DNA of 64,000 nucleotides from Octopus sinensis (taxonomy: Eukaryota). This document shows positions 1-12,612 of the stretch, piece by piece. Positions within the stretch are counted from its first letter, which is position 1; every line of letters starts with the position of its first letter. A program made the position numbers and the translations under genes. The stretch lies in contig NC_043009.1 of NCBI RefSeq assembly GCF_006345805.1, positions 25,234,001-25,298,000 on the forward strand, given 5' to 3'. Below the pieces are notes generated by a model, which was not told the origin of the DNA, searched no databases, and worked only from the letters and a program-made list of their open reading frames with translations.

Positions 1-1066
1 AGATTGTTCAAGTGCAAATCACTCTTTCTCTCTCTCTTTCTATATATATATATATATATGTATGTATGTGTGTGTGTGTGTGTTTCAGCCCGAGAAGATA
101 AATGGCTGTATACTTAGAAAGAAAGAACTGGAATAGGTTAGAGAGAGAGAGAGAGAGAAGAGGGGAGTTTGTAGAGGTAGAGAGACAGATAGATTGAGTG
201 TGTAAGAGAAAAATAGATAGCAGAAAGGCTAAAAGACAAACAGGTAGAGTAAGGGAGAGGAAGAAAAAGATAAATATGAGTGTGTGTGTGTGTGTGTGTG
301 CCTGTGTGTACCTGTGTATGTATGTGTGTATGTTGTAAGGGGGTGGGGGGTTTGAAATGTTGAGTCAAGCAGGGCTGTACAACAACCTAATCTGTATTCA
401 AGATGGCCGGTTACATTTGTTTTCATTGAAGAAAATTAACTGAAATTGATCCCAGTTCTCTTGCTTGGTGCTTGGCTTTTCCAAGGAGAAAAGGACGGTG
501 GTGGTGGTGGTGGTGGTGGCGGTGGCGGCAGCGGACACTGTGATAAGTCAATCTATCATGTCTGCATTTATTCTAACACTGACTCACGCATGCGCGCACA
601 CACGCACACACACACGCACACACATTTGCATACATACACTCCACACGTGCATACACGTATACATACCCATGCATGTGACTACACTCTCACACACACACAG
701 ACATACGCACACACACGCATGCACTCATACCTTCCGTTTTGTGCTTTTTCTTTGCTTCTTTCATACACACACACACACACACAAAAGCTGTCCTTCATGC
801 ACACACATACACCTGCATACGCTTTCTGTCTCACACAAGTTCCTCCTCTTACACATGCACACACACACATATATGCAATCTGTCTTTCATACATATACAC
901 ACCCAAAGTCTCACACAAATGCAACCACCCCCACCCACCACCCCACCTCCCCTCTTACACCCATGTGCCAAAAGAAAATAGCCATAAACGTCTTCACCAG
1001 TCACTTTGGCTCATAAAAACCAATGTTCTGCTAATCCACATTGTTTAGCGCCAAACGTATGAAAGA

Positions 1067-1110
<44 letters not shown>

Positions 1111-1414
1111 CCCCTTGTCCATTCACAAGACTGGAGACCTATCTACTTCTTCAATGCCAGGTAAACTAACACACACATACACACACACGAACAAACAACC
1201 AAGCAGTAGTTGTCGTAAATGCAACCTTTCTAGGAGACCTGCAACTCAAAAATAAGAAATAATATTCGATGAAGAGGGCTCGACATCTCTTGTTGTTTTT
1301 GCCCTGGCCCTGAGTCATCACCATCACTATCATCATCATATTGACATCTGCTTTTCCATGCTTGCATGGGAGTCAAATGGATTTTATCGATGCAGTGACA
1401 TGTAAAAAACACCA

Positions 1415-1640
1415 ACCGATCGTGGCCGTCTGCCAGCCACCTCTGGCCCCTGTGCTGGTGGCACTTAAAAAGCACCCACTACACTCACAGAGTGGTTGGC
1501 GTTAGGATGGGCACCCAGCTGTAGAAACACTGCCAGATCAGACTGGAGCCTGGCGCAGCCACCTGGCTTCCCAGACCCCGGTTGAACTGTCTAACCCATG
1601 CTAGCATGGAAAACGGACGTTAAACGATGATGATGATGAT
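1415..1640 (+). mobile_element. Retroposon 3' end with (GAT)n tail (RTE-like LINE tail or partner SINE), family D
   Basis: GTGGTTGGCGTTAGGA..CCAGCTGTAGAAAC..AACCCATGCTAGCATGGAAAACGGACGTTAAACGATGATG. Other copies at ~2135-2295(+), 5860-6100(-), 44690-44960(+), 48900-49050(+), 55985-56170(-), 58210-58355(-), 58510-58720(-) and 59225-59375(-). Confidence 0.7.
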
Positions 1641-3371
1641 GCTTTTCCTGCCACCAGCCCTTACTTGTTTTCAAGCTAGGTATTATTTATTCCCCGTGGC
1701 CTGACATGTTTTTGCAGAATATTGGAAATGAATGACACAGCCTGTATGATTGTCATAATACACATTTAGAACTGTCAGGCTCTAAGAGATACAAAGAGAG
1801 ACAAAGAGACACTCACTTATGCATACACACGTATATGTGTGTACATATATACATACATGTTTACATACATATATATTTATATATATATATATCTATATAT
1901 TTCAGTGCGAATAGTTTTTTATTTGGCGGCATGATTTACAATCCTGTAAAGAATAATAATGGTATTTTTATATAAGCTCAAAGCTTATGGCGATCACCAT
2001 GTAATGACCAAGGAAAATAGTCTAATAAAGGGGCATATAAGCTCCTGACAGAAAGAAAACAGGCTTTCCTATCCACATGGATATATATATTTATATATAT
2101 ATATATATATATGTATATGTGTATACATATAGTGCCACGTAAAAAGCACCCAGTACACTCTGTAAAGTGGTTGGCATCCAGCCATAGAAACCATATAATA
2201 AGCAAATGGAGCCTGGCATAGCTCTCTGGCCTTGTCAACTCTTGTGAGACTGTTCAACCCATGCCTGCATGGGAAGCAGATATTAAATGATGATATACAC
2301 ACACACATATCCAAGTTTGTATGATTGTGTATAGAAGAATATATATTAATCAATGAAATTCCAACTTGGTCTGATTTCAGTTTTATTATTTACAATTTTA
2401 CAAAATATTGAAATAAACTAGTACTTTCGTGCTATACACAATCGTCAGGTTTATGTAGTGACCGTCATGTTCCACAACTGTACAGAAGTCTATCATGTGT
2501 GTGTGCGTGTATTTCCTGTCATTTTGCAGTTCAACATGGGGATTGATAAAATAAACATTAATGACTTTTAGGGATGTAGTATTTTGTTCTGCAACCATAA
2601 TATATTAAATGCATTAAGTATATCAAATACTTTTATAAGTCAATGCCATCTTCTACTGTGTTAGCAGTGCTCTTATATCACTTGTTAAGGTTATCCCTAC
2701 AGATTTTCTGTAGAAATTATAACTGGCGCTGATTTGGTTCGACATTTCGTATCTAAGATCGTTGTTCACACATACACACACAGGTAGTCCCTTTATTGTG
2801 GGGTTGCAAGGACTATTTTGTTAGCTGAATTACTCCTAATTCTCCTGGATAGCATCAGCGCTAATGTATGTGAAACAGTGAGCTTGAGGTGTGATAAACA
2901 GCTTTGTTCTGGGTGGGGGGGACTCCATAGACTATCATATCACCTGAATGTTAATCACCTTGCTCCCCTATTTCCTGCCAGCCAACCATCTTCTCCGTCT
3001 GCTATTCACAGGAAAATCTTAGAGGCAGAATCCTCAGGCATCTCCTCCATAGGATCCTTTCACAAATAAGTTATTACACTTTCCAGATGGATTTCCCAAG
3101 CATGACCAGTGGAAACTATGGTTACGATCCAATCATCTTGTTCTGCTTTTATATCGCCACACAAAATGCTTAACTGCTCATCATGAAGAATCCCTCTTGT
3201 GATTTTGCTCCTATGTCTCCTCTATTTCTTAATCTCTGTATATGTGTGTACGAGGTGATATCAAAAAGTTCCCAGGCTAGTTGTGTAGCACACCAACAGA
3301 TGGCAGCACATAGTTGAGGGCACAGTGAAAGTTAGTAGTGACATTCTTGAGGCAGTCTGCTGAGTGACATA

Positions 3372-3768
3372 CTCTTTACTCTTTTACTTGTTTCAGTCAT
3401 TTGACTGTGGCCATGCTGGACCACTGCCTTTAGACGAGCACATTGACCCCAGGACTTTGTAAGCCTAGTACTTATTCTATCGGTCTCTTTTGCTGAACCG
3501 CTAAGTTACGGGGACGTAAACACACCAGCATCAGTTGTCAAGTGATGTTGGAGGGACAAACACAGACACACAAATATATACATATAAATATATATATATA
3601 TATATGACGGGCTTCTTTCAGTTTCTGTCTGCCAAATCCACTCACAAGGCTTTGGTTGGCCTGAGGCTGTAGTAGAAGACACTTGCCCAAGGTGCTACGC
3701 AGTGAGACTGAACCTGGAACCATGTGGTTGGTAAGCAAACTACTTATCATACAGCCACTCCTACGCCT
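3372..3768 (-). mobile_element. SINE family A, inserted in the mariner element
   Basis: Reverse complement of the family A consensus, full length. Confidence 0.85.
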
Positions 3769-3849
3769 GTGTTTACTTCGCAAGTTGTGAAATTTGTCTT
3801 TTTGTGATCACATGTATGCTGTAGTCATGGACAGGAACAAAGAACCAGC

Positions 3850-4440
3850 GTGAAATTTTGTGTTAAACTTGGGAAGTCTGCCACAGAGACATTGAGTATT
3901 ATCCAGCAAGCTTATAGTAATGAGGCAATGGGTCATTCGCAGTGTTTCGTGTGGCGTAGGTGCTTCAAAAATGGAAGAACGTCCCTGGAAGATGAAGAAC
4001 GTTCTGGAAGACCTGCCATGAGCATTACCACCCTCACCCCCAGAAATATAGTATTGTGGATCAAGACTTCATCCCCCAGGGCTGGACCGTCAATTGAGAG
4101 TTCTACTGCAATATTTTGAAGCATTTGAGGGAAGACATTCAATGAAAGCAACCGAATCTGTGGAGTGCAAAGAACTGGATTCTTCACTGAGCTTCCATCA
4201 CTCATGAGTTTCTCACCAAAAGCAACATGGCATCACTTCCACACCTGCCCTATTCACCAGATTTAGTACCTGCAGATATCTATCTCTTCCCCAAGATGAA
4301 AATTCAGCTGAAAGGTCACTGTTTTAACACCGTTGCCGAGATCAATGGCAAATCACAGAAGGTCCTTGACTCACAGAAAATGGCTTCCAGACCAGATTCC
4401 AAAATTGGTAAGAATGCTGGGACTGATGTGTTGCTGCACA
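3850..4440 (+). pseudogene. Mariner transposase pseudogene
   Basis: KFCVKLGKSATET...LEDEERSGRP (HTH region) and HLPYSPDLVPADIYLFPKMKIQLKG (YSPDLAPxD catalytic motif) occur in different frames; the middle is deleted or frameshifted. Confidence 0.9.
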
Positions 4441-5538
4441 AGGTGACTATCTCAAAGGAGATGATATTAGGAAATTGCAGGCCCCAGCATGGCCACAGCT
4501 TATGAGCTGAAACTAGTTCCATTCAAATAAGTTTATTTTTTATTAAACATAATGAGTCCGGCAACCTTTCGATACCACTTCGTACGTGTGTTTCCATACA
4601 TGATGTTTACCCTCACTTGTAATGACCACTCTGACATAGATGCATTGGTCAGATGCACTGGTCCTTCAGTTTTTTCTTGACCAACTTTGGCCATTGGTGG
4701 GTTCCAAGCTGTGTCCAACCGACTTTTAAACCGATTCTCTCTCTCTGAATTCTCAATTAGCCTGGTCTGTTCTGTGTTTGATTAGCAGATCTCTTCTCTT
4801 CACCCCCACCACTTCTCTCCTCCTCCTGCTATATCTGTTATCTCCCACCGCCGCTACCACTAGCCTAGACCTCCCTCCCCCCCATTTATATCAAATATTC
4901 TCCCCCCCTACTACTCCCACCCAGCCTGTCTCCCACACCCACTCATCTCGTCTCATTGTTTAATTAACGTTAGATTTCAACACACACACACACATGCATG
5001 TGTAGATACTCTTATACACAATACATACAAACATATACATTCACATATCCTCACATACATCGATACACATACACACACACACAATACTCACATACACACA
5101 CCCACACATATATGTACATACATCCTCACGCACTCAAATACATATAACCACATACATATACACACACATACGTAATATATTCACAGTCCATGATATATTT
5201 TTTTGTTTTTCTTATGTTACTATTTGATGTTTATTTTTTTCTTAATTTTTATAATTGTTACTGTTGTAATTACAATTCTTGTTGTTTTCCTAATTGGTGT
5301 TTTTGTCATTGTTACTGTTTTTCTATTATTATTATTATCATTATTATTATTATTATAATTTGTAATTTTATTGTTTCCTTATATTTGTTTTTGTTTGTTT
5401 TTTCATGCTTGTTGTTGTAATTGTTGTTTTATAATTAGTATTTTCCATTGTTATTAGTTTTGTTGTTGCTGTTGTTGTTCTCGTTGGTGCTTTTCTTTGC
5501 AGTTTTAATTTTGAACTTATGCATATTTTTTTTAATCA

Positions 5539-5569
<31 letters not shown>

Positions 5570-6987
5570 TTGTTATGCGTTATTTGGATAATTAATCAAT
5601 CTTCTATTATTGGTTAACAATCATTAATTGGGAAGTTAGGGGTGGGTGAGGAGAAGGAACAGTGCGTGTGTGTGTGCTCTCTGCCTCCTTGGGGTAGATG
5701 TAATTTGTATGTGTTTGTGTGTGTATATCTATGTTTCACTGTCTGTATGTGAATGTGTTTGTGTGTGTATATCTATGTTTCACTGTCTGTATGTGAATAT
5801 GCCTGTAACGCTCTGTGTTTAATTGTCTGTATGTGTTTTCCTGTGGGTAGACATCATACATCATCATCATCATCATCATTTGGTGTCCACCCTTCCATGC
5901 TTGCATGGGTCCAACAATTTGTTGAGGCAGGTTTCCTACAGCTGGATGCACTTCCTGTTGCCAACCCTCACCTGTTCCCAAGTGAGGTAATATTTCCCTG
6001 TGACCAGCCATGTTTTCCATGGAAGACTGGAAACAAGGGCACTGCTTGCATAATGATGACATTGTCTACATCGCATAAAGTCATGGTAAGGAGACAGTAA
6101 TGCATACACACACGCGTGTGCATGCACGTGCATATATTATTCTATGATTGAATGCCACTCATCCTCTTCCAAGTAAGTTTTATCTTGATAATTCTGATGC
6201 GCACACTACTATCTTTTTACTCTCTCGTTTTTCTCTCTCTTATTCTTTTACCTCCTCTTCTCCCATTATTTTATTCTATTACTCTTTTCGTTTTTCTCCC
6301 TTTCTTTCTCTTATTCTTCTACCTCCCCTCTCCCCCTCCTGTTTTTTTCTCACTTATCCTCACTTATCTCCAATTTTTTCCTCTTCCCTTCATAGTTCTC
6401 TGTCTGTCACTCTCTCTCTCCCTCACTCTTCCTCCCTTGCTCACATGGCTCCCACATGACCATCGGCTATCTTTCTTCTCCTAACTTATGTTTCTTTCTT
6501 TCTGTCCGTTGTAACTGGATCAAGGAAGCCGTGTTCTTATCTGTCTCCTGTCCAAGCTTGGTTTACGTGTTCGTCACCACAATCTCGTTTAGGCTTAGCA
6601 GCCCTTCCTGTTTGTTTTCACTGTCCTGTTTGTGTTACCTATTTTGACCCTCCGCAAAATCCCAAATTTTATTTAATTTGGTTTGTGGGAGCAACTGTTT
6701 TATCGAAAGCTTATCTTCTTAAATGCTCGCAATACGAGAGTAGAAAAACAGCCAGCAACTGATGAAGGGTCGTTCTTTATGTTGTTTGTCTTGTTTTCCA
6801 TTTGTGTCTTTCATTGTTCGAAAAAATAGTTCATATTCTATGGTACTCATAGTTCATATTATTTGTTGTACACTTTTTGTGACACCCTGTGCCCACATAT
6901 GCATATATATATATATATATATAGAGATGTAAATATATACGTATGTATATGATATATATATTATTTATATAATATATATATATATAC

Positions 6988-7170
6988 ACAGTAATCTCTC
7001 AACTATTGTGGGTGTTGTGTTCCAAAACCTCCCACAGAAATAATTAAAATGTAAAAAAATATAAATACCTTTCGGCCGTAAAAACCCACAATATACTGAG
7101 GAGTCGCTGATATAAATTTACATATATTAGCCAGAAAAACCCACTATGTTCTGAATGCACAATAGGCGAC
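6988..7170. mobile_element. Degenerate pogo/Tigger-like MITE end
   Basis: CAGTAATCTCTCAACTATTGTGGGTGTTGTGTTCCAAAACC resembles CpG-decayed Tigger-type TIRs; the other end was not found. Confidence 0.35.
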
Positions 7171-7321
7171 ATGCGATTTCTGTTTTCCAAATCCAGTCAC
7201 AAGGCTTTCTGATCAACCTTGAGCTAGGGTAGAAAACACTTGCCCAAAATACCACATGGTGGGATTGAGCCTAAAACCATGTGGTTGAGAAGCAAATTTC
7301 TTACCAGTCTGCTATGCCTTG

Positions 7322-7352
<31 letters not shown>

Positions 7353-8539
7353 TATTAGAGTGTCTTGTGGGAGAAATGCGTTTGATGTTAACCTCTTTTT
7401 CTATCAGTAAGGACGTACTTGCCATTGTTGGCTGATGTTGCACAGTTATACACGGAAGCAGCACTTTCTGCAGAGTTGTTTTAGGTGGTCAACAGATGTG
7501 GTTCTTCCTACATGAGGAATATTTGAAGGATCTTAGGAATAGGAAGTTCGCTAGCGGTCCCCAGCCGCAAGTATATCCCTGTTGGGAGGACGTGTTGTTT
7601 GCCGTAGATTTTCCAGACACAGGGACAGGACGGGTTGAAGCCGCCGGTTGCCAGATCAGCCACTTCTGTTCACCAGAGCCCCGGTAGCCGGGTGAGGCCC
7701 TGATACCACCGCTGGGTGTCAGAACAATCCGCCTTGGGTGGCCCTACCAGAAACCGAAGTCTGTTGGTATGTTTATGTCTCCATAACATAGCAATTTGGC
7801 AGAAGAGACCGATAGAATAAGTACTAGGCTTACAAAGAATAAGTCCTAGGGTTGATTTCTTTGACCAAAAAATCCTTTAAGGCAGTGCTCCAGCATGGCA
7901 GCAGTCAAATGACTGAAACATGTAAAAGAATAGAGGAATATACTTTATAACTTAGGTGTGTGTGTGTGTGTGAGTGAGAGAGAGAGAGAGAGATTCATAG
8001 AATGTGTGTATAATGGTGTGGAGTGTGTGTGTGTTTGTAGTGGGATATATGTTATATGCAATGTGCATAACGAGGAGTGAGTGTGTGTGTTTGCATATAT
8101 GAATATTGTGATAATGAGAGTGGTGTGCGTATATGTTGATGATGAAGAGCTTTGCGTGTGTATGTGTCTGTGTACAAGATGAAGAAGAGATTTGTGTGTG
8201 TGCAATATGATGTGTGAGCAATCCTAATTTGTCATTAGAAGCTGTAATAATTGTCATTAAATTATAACAATGATCCATCAAGTCTTTATTATATATAACC
8301 TTCTGCTTGCCCTTTTCTTCTGCTTTTGCCTCGCCTCCTCTCTCTCATCCCCACTACCACTCCTCCACTGTCACACCCACCCCTCATGCCCTCTCACATA
8401 TTTCTAACTCATAAGGAAAGAAAATGGGGCTGGCTAGAAGGAACATTTATTAATGAAAGGACTCCTTTTTCTGGATTCTCCACATTTTTTTAAAAGAGTG
8501 ATGTAGGAGTGCAGGAGAAGGTATATGTATACCTATAAC

Positions 8540-8571
<32 letters not shown>

Positions 8572-8616
8572 CACACACACGGACAGACATATATACACAC
8601 ACAGACAGACATATAT

Positions 8617-8647
<31 letters not shown>

Positions 8648-8690
8648 CATATATATATACACACACACACACACATATATATATACATAC

Positions 8691-8723
<33 letters not shown>

Positions 8724-8731
8724 TATATATG

Positions 8732-8806
<75 letters not shown>

Positions 8807-9039
8807 GTAAGCAGAAAGCAGGTTTGGTATTCAATGCTCTATAAGACATATATGTATCTCATCAAAATTCCAAACTAATTACTTAACAGTTGCAGAAACA
8901 TCATGCAGTCATGCTCTTCACCTCATCAGTGTCCCACACTAAATACTGCATGATGTGAAACATGTATTTGTCCTGTAAAAGCATTGACTATGTATGTGTC
9001 CTGCTTATTATTATCATCATCATTATTATTATTATTATT

Positions 9040-9505
9040 ATTATTGAGTGAGAGAGCAGTGCATGCCATCAAAGTGACACTGGGGTAAAATATACGAGCC
9101 CCAGTATACCCATCATGACTACCAGTCTGAGAAGGGTACACCAGGCACATGCATCACAACCATATGTGCGCGATATGGTGATCTCATATGAAGATAAACA
9201 GCACATGACCTTGCAGGTGGGGCCCAGTTAGAATTTTCTTCTGGTCGAGTAACCCATCCCACTCAAAAGGTCCTTGAATAAGGGTTATTTAAGGATGTTA
9301 AATGAAACACCCATGTTTCCAGAGGTGAATTATTTAAACCCCAAATAATCCCTCTCAACACATGGCTATGATGCTCCCCCACTACTTCTGCTCGTGATCA
9401 AAGATGCACATATTGTCAGCCACTAAGGGACATGCTCAACTGGTTACGGTGAAACAACTAACAAGCAAATCTGTGGTTTTAAGCAGAATGTTTGCTGTAG
9501 CCCTT
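9040..9505 (-). mobile_element. Interspersed repeat bounded by (TTA)n tracts, probably a non-LTR retroelement 3' portion
   Basis: A complex ~460-bp block flanked on both sides by (ATT)n; family not assigned. Confidence 0.45.
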
Positions 9506-9923
9506 ATTATTATTATTATTATTATTTATCATTTGGCTTGTATTCTGCACTCTAGCCCATCCCAAAGTTGATGTCCTGCATTCCACTACACCGGATAGTG
9601 GAGTGGAGTGTTGAACCCATTACCATAGCCCAATTTTTGGCTGCATGACACTCTTTACTATGTCCATTTTATATATATATATAGAGAGAGAGAGAGAGAT
9701 CCGTCCATACACATATGCATATATACATAGCTATATATATATATATATATATATAAACAAAGATAAATGCGATACAATAAAATTAATTATAATCGCCGGT
9801 GTACCAGTACACGCCATATATTATACATATATCATTACATTCAAGGTGAAGAGTGTACTAGATACACAACAGCTGGATAAATTTAGTGAGATGAGAATTA
9901 AAAACATTTACAAACTTAACTTT

Positions 9924-9996
9924 TCTTATACTGCAGTTTCGCCAAATTCAGTAATAAAAATAGTAATTATTTACTCAGGCTGGCTCTTCAGTAAGA
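9924..9996 (-). ncRNA. Type I hammerhead ribozyme, copy 1
   Basis: Minus strand: UCUUA-CUGAAGA-GCCA..UGGC-GAAA-CUGCAG-UA^UAAGA; predicted cut between 9929 and 9928. Confidence 0.85.
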
Positions 9997-10122
9997 TTCC
10001 TGTTAATGATGGAAAGACCATACCAATAGATCCATGTGCGTCTATAAGAGTGTACTAGATACACAATAGCTGGATAAATTTAGTGAGATGAGAATTAAAA
10101 ACATTTACACAAACTTAACTTT

Positions 10123-10195
10123 TCTTATACTGCAGTTTCGCCAAATTCAGTAATAAAAATAGTATTTATTTACTCAGGCTGGCTCTTCAGTAAGA
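10123..10195 (-). ncRNA. Type I hammerhead ribozyme, copy 2
   Basis: Same intact core and stems; predicted cut 10128/10127. Confidence 0.85.
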
Positions 10196-10524
10196 TTCCT
10201 GTTAATGATGGAAAGACCATACCAATAGATCCATGTGTCTATCGAAATGCTCTTTCTAAACTATTCAAAACACTGCGCAGACTCCGAACAAACCCGACAA
10301 AATAGGGGATTGTGGTATATCGTCTAACGGTCAGAAATTATCGAGAGATATGTAAACAAAGATAAATGCGATACAATAAAATTAATTATAATCGCCGCGG
10401 TGTACCAGTACACGCCATATATTATACATATATCATTACATTCAAGGCGAAGAGTGTACTAGATACTCAATAGCTGGATAAATTTAGTGAGATGAGAATT
10501 AAAAACATTTACAAACTTAACTTT

Positions 10525-10596
10525 TCTTATACTGCAGTTTCGCCAAATTCAGTAATAAAATAGTATTTATTTACTCAGGCTGGCTCTTCAGTAAGA
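10525..10596 (-). ncRNA. Type I hammerhead ribozyme, copy 3
   Basis: Same intact core; 1-nt homopolymer difference in the stem II extension; predicted cut 10530/10529. Confidence 0.85.
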
Positions 10597-10926
10597 TTCC
10601 TGTTAATGATGGAAAGACCATACCAATAGATCCATGTGCATCTATCGAAATGCTCTTTCTAAACTATTCAAAACACTGCGCAGACTCCGAACAAACCCGA
10701 CAAAATAGGGGATTGTGGTATATCGTCTAACGGTCAGAAATTTATCGAGAGAATATGTAAACAAAGATAAATGCGATACAATAAAATTAATTATAATCGC
10801 CGGTGTACCAGTACACGCCATATATTATACATATATCATTACATTCAAGGCGAAGAGTGTACTAGATACACAATAGCTGGATAAATTTAGTGAGATGAGA
10901 ATAAAAAACATTACAAACTTAACTTT

Positions 10927-10999
10927 TCTTATACTGCAGTTTCGCCAAATTCAGTAATAAAAATAGTATTTATTTACTCAGGCTGGCTCTTCAGTAAGA
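10927..10999 (-). ncRNA. Type I hammerhead ribozyme, copy 4
   Basis: Same intact core and stems; predicted cut 10932/10931. Confidence 0.85.
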
Positions 11000-11327
11000 T
11001 CCTGTTAATGATGGAAAGACCATACCAATAGATCCATGTGCGTCTATCGAAATGCTCTTTCTAAACTATTCAAAACACTGCGCAGACTCCGAACAAACCC
11101 GACAAAATAGGGGATTGTGGTATATCGTCTAACGGTCAGAAATTTATCGAGAGAATATGTAAACAAAGATAAATGCGATACAATAAAATTAATTATAATC
11201 GCCGGTGTACCAGTACACGCCATATATTATACATATATCATTACATTCAAGGCGAAGAGTGTACTAGATACACAATAGCTGGATAAATTAGTGAGATGAG
11301 AATTAAAAACATTACAAACTTAACTTT

Positions 11328-11399
11328 TCTTATACTGCAGTTTCGCCAAATTCAGTAATAAAAATAGTATTTATTTACCAGGCTGGCTCTTCAGTAAGA
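11328..11399 (-). ncRNA. Type I hammerhead ribozyme, copy 5
   Basis: Same intact core; 1-nt deletion in the stem II extension; predicted cut 11333/11332. Confidence 0.85.
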
Positions 11400-11730
11400 T
11401 TCCTGTTAATGATGGAAAGACCATACCAATAGATCCATGTGCGTCTATCGAAATGCTCTTTCTAAACTATTCAAAACACTGCGCAGACTCCGACACAACC
11501 CGACAAAATAGGGGATTGTGGTATATCGTCTAGCGGTCAGAAATTTATCGAGAGAATATGTAAACAAAGATAAATGCGATACAATAAAATTAATTATAAT
11601 CGCCGGTGTACCAGTACACGCCATATATTATACATATATCATTACATTCAAGGCGAAGAGTGTACTAGATACACAATAGCTGGATAAATTTCGTGAGATG
11701 AGGTTTAAAAACATTTACAAACTTAACTTT

Positions 11731-11804
11731 TCTTATACTGCAGTTTCGCCAAAATTCAGTAATAAAAATAGTATTTATTTACTCAGGCTGGCTCTTCAGT
11801 AAGA
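11731..11804 (-). ncRNA. Type I hammerhead ribozyme, copy 6
   Basis: Same intact core; predicted cut 11736/11735. Confidence 0.85.
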
Positions 11805-12135
11805 TTCCTGTTAATGATGGAAAGACCATACCAATAGATCCATGTGCTTCTATCGAAATGCTCTTTCTAAACTATTCAAAACACTGCGCAGACTCCGAAC
11901 AAACCCGACAAAATAGGGGATTGTGGTATATCGTCTAACGGTCAGAAATTTATCGAGAGAATATGTAAACAAAGATAAATGCGATACAATAAAATTAATT
12001 ATAATCGCCGGTGTACCAGTACACGCCATATATTATACATATATCATTACATTCAAGGCGAAGAGTGTACTAGATACACAATAGCTGGATAAATTTAGTG
12101 AGATGAGAATTAAAAACATTTACAAACTTAACTTT

Positions 12136-12208
12136 TCTTATACTGCAGTTTCGCCAAATTCAGTAATAAAAATAGTATTTATTTACTCAGGCTGGCTCTT
12201 CAGTAAGA
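12136..12208 (-). ncRNA. Type I hammerhead ribozyme, copy 7
   Basis: Same intact core and stems; predicted cut 12141/12140. Confidence 0.85.
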
Positions 12209-12539
12209 TTCCTGTTAATGATGGAAAGACCATACCAATAGATCCATGTGCGTCTATCGAAATGCTCTTTCTAAACTATTCAAAACACTGCGCAGACTCC
12301 GAACAAACCCGACAAAATAGGGGATTGTGGTATATCGTCTAACGTCAGAAATTTATCGAGAGAATATGTAAACAAAGATAAATGCGATACAATAAAATTA
12401 ATTATAATCGGCCGGTGTACCAGTACACGCCATATATTATACATATATCATTACATTCAAGGCGAAGAGTGTACTAGATACACAATAGCTGGATAAATTT
12501 AGTGAGATGAGAATTAAAAACATTTACAAACTTAACTTT

Positions 12540-12612
12540 TCTTATACTGCAGTTTCGCCAAATTCAGTAATAAAAATAGTATTTATTTACTCAGGCTGGC
12601 TCTTCAGTAAGA
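12540..12612 (-). ncRNA. Type I hammerhead ribozyme, copy 8
   Basis: Same intact core and stems; predicted cut 12545/12544. Confidence 0.85.

Larger units (their letters stand above)
3251..4582 (+). mobile_element. Decayed mariner DNA transposon, internally deleted, with a nested SINE
   Basis: TA-flanked imperfect TIRs: CGAGGTGATATCAAAAAGTTCC on the left and the reverse complement CGAAGTGGTATCGAAAGGTTGC on the right. Transposase fragments lie between them. Confidence 0.9.
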
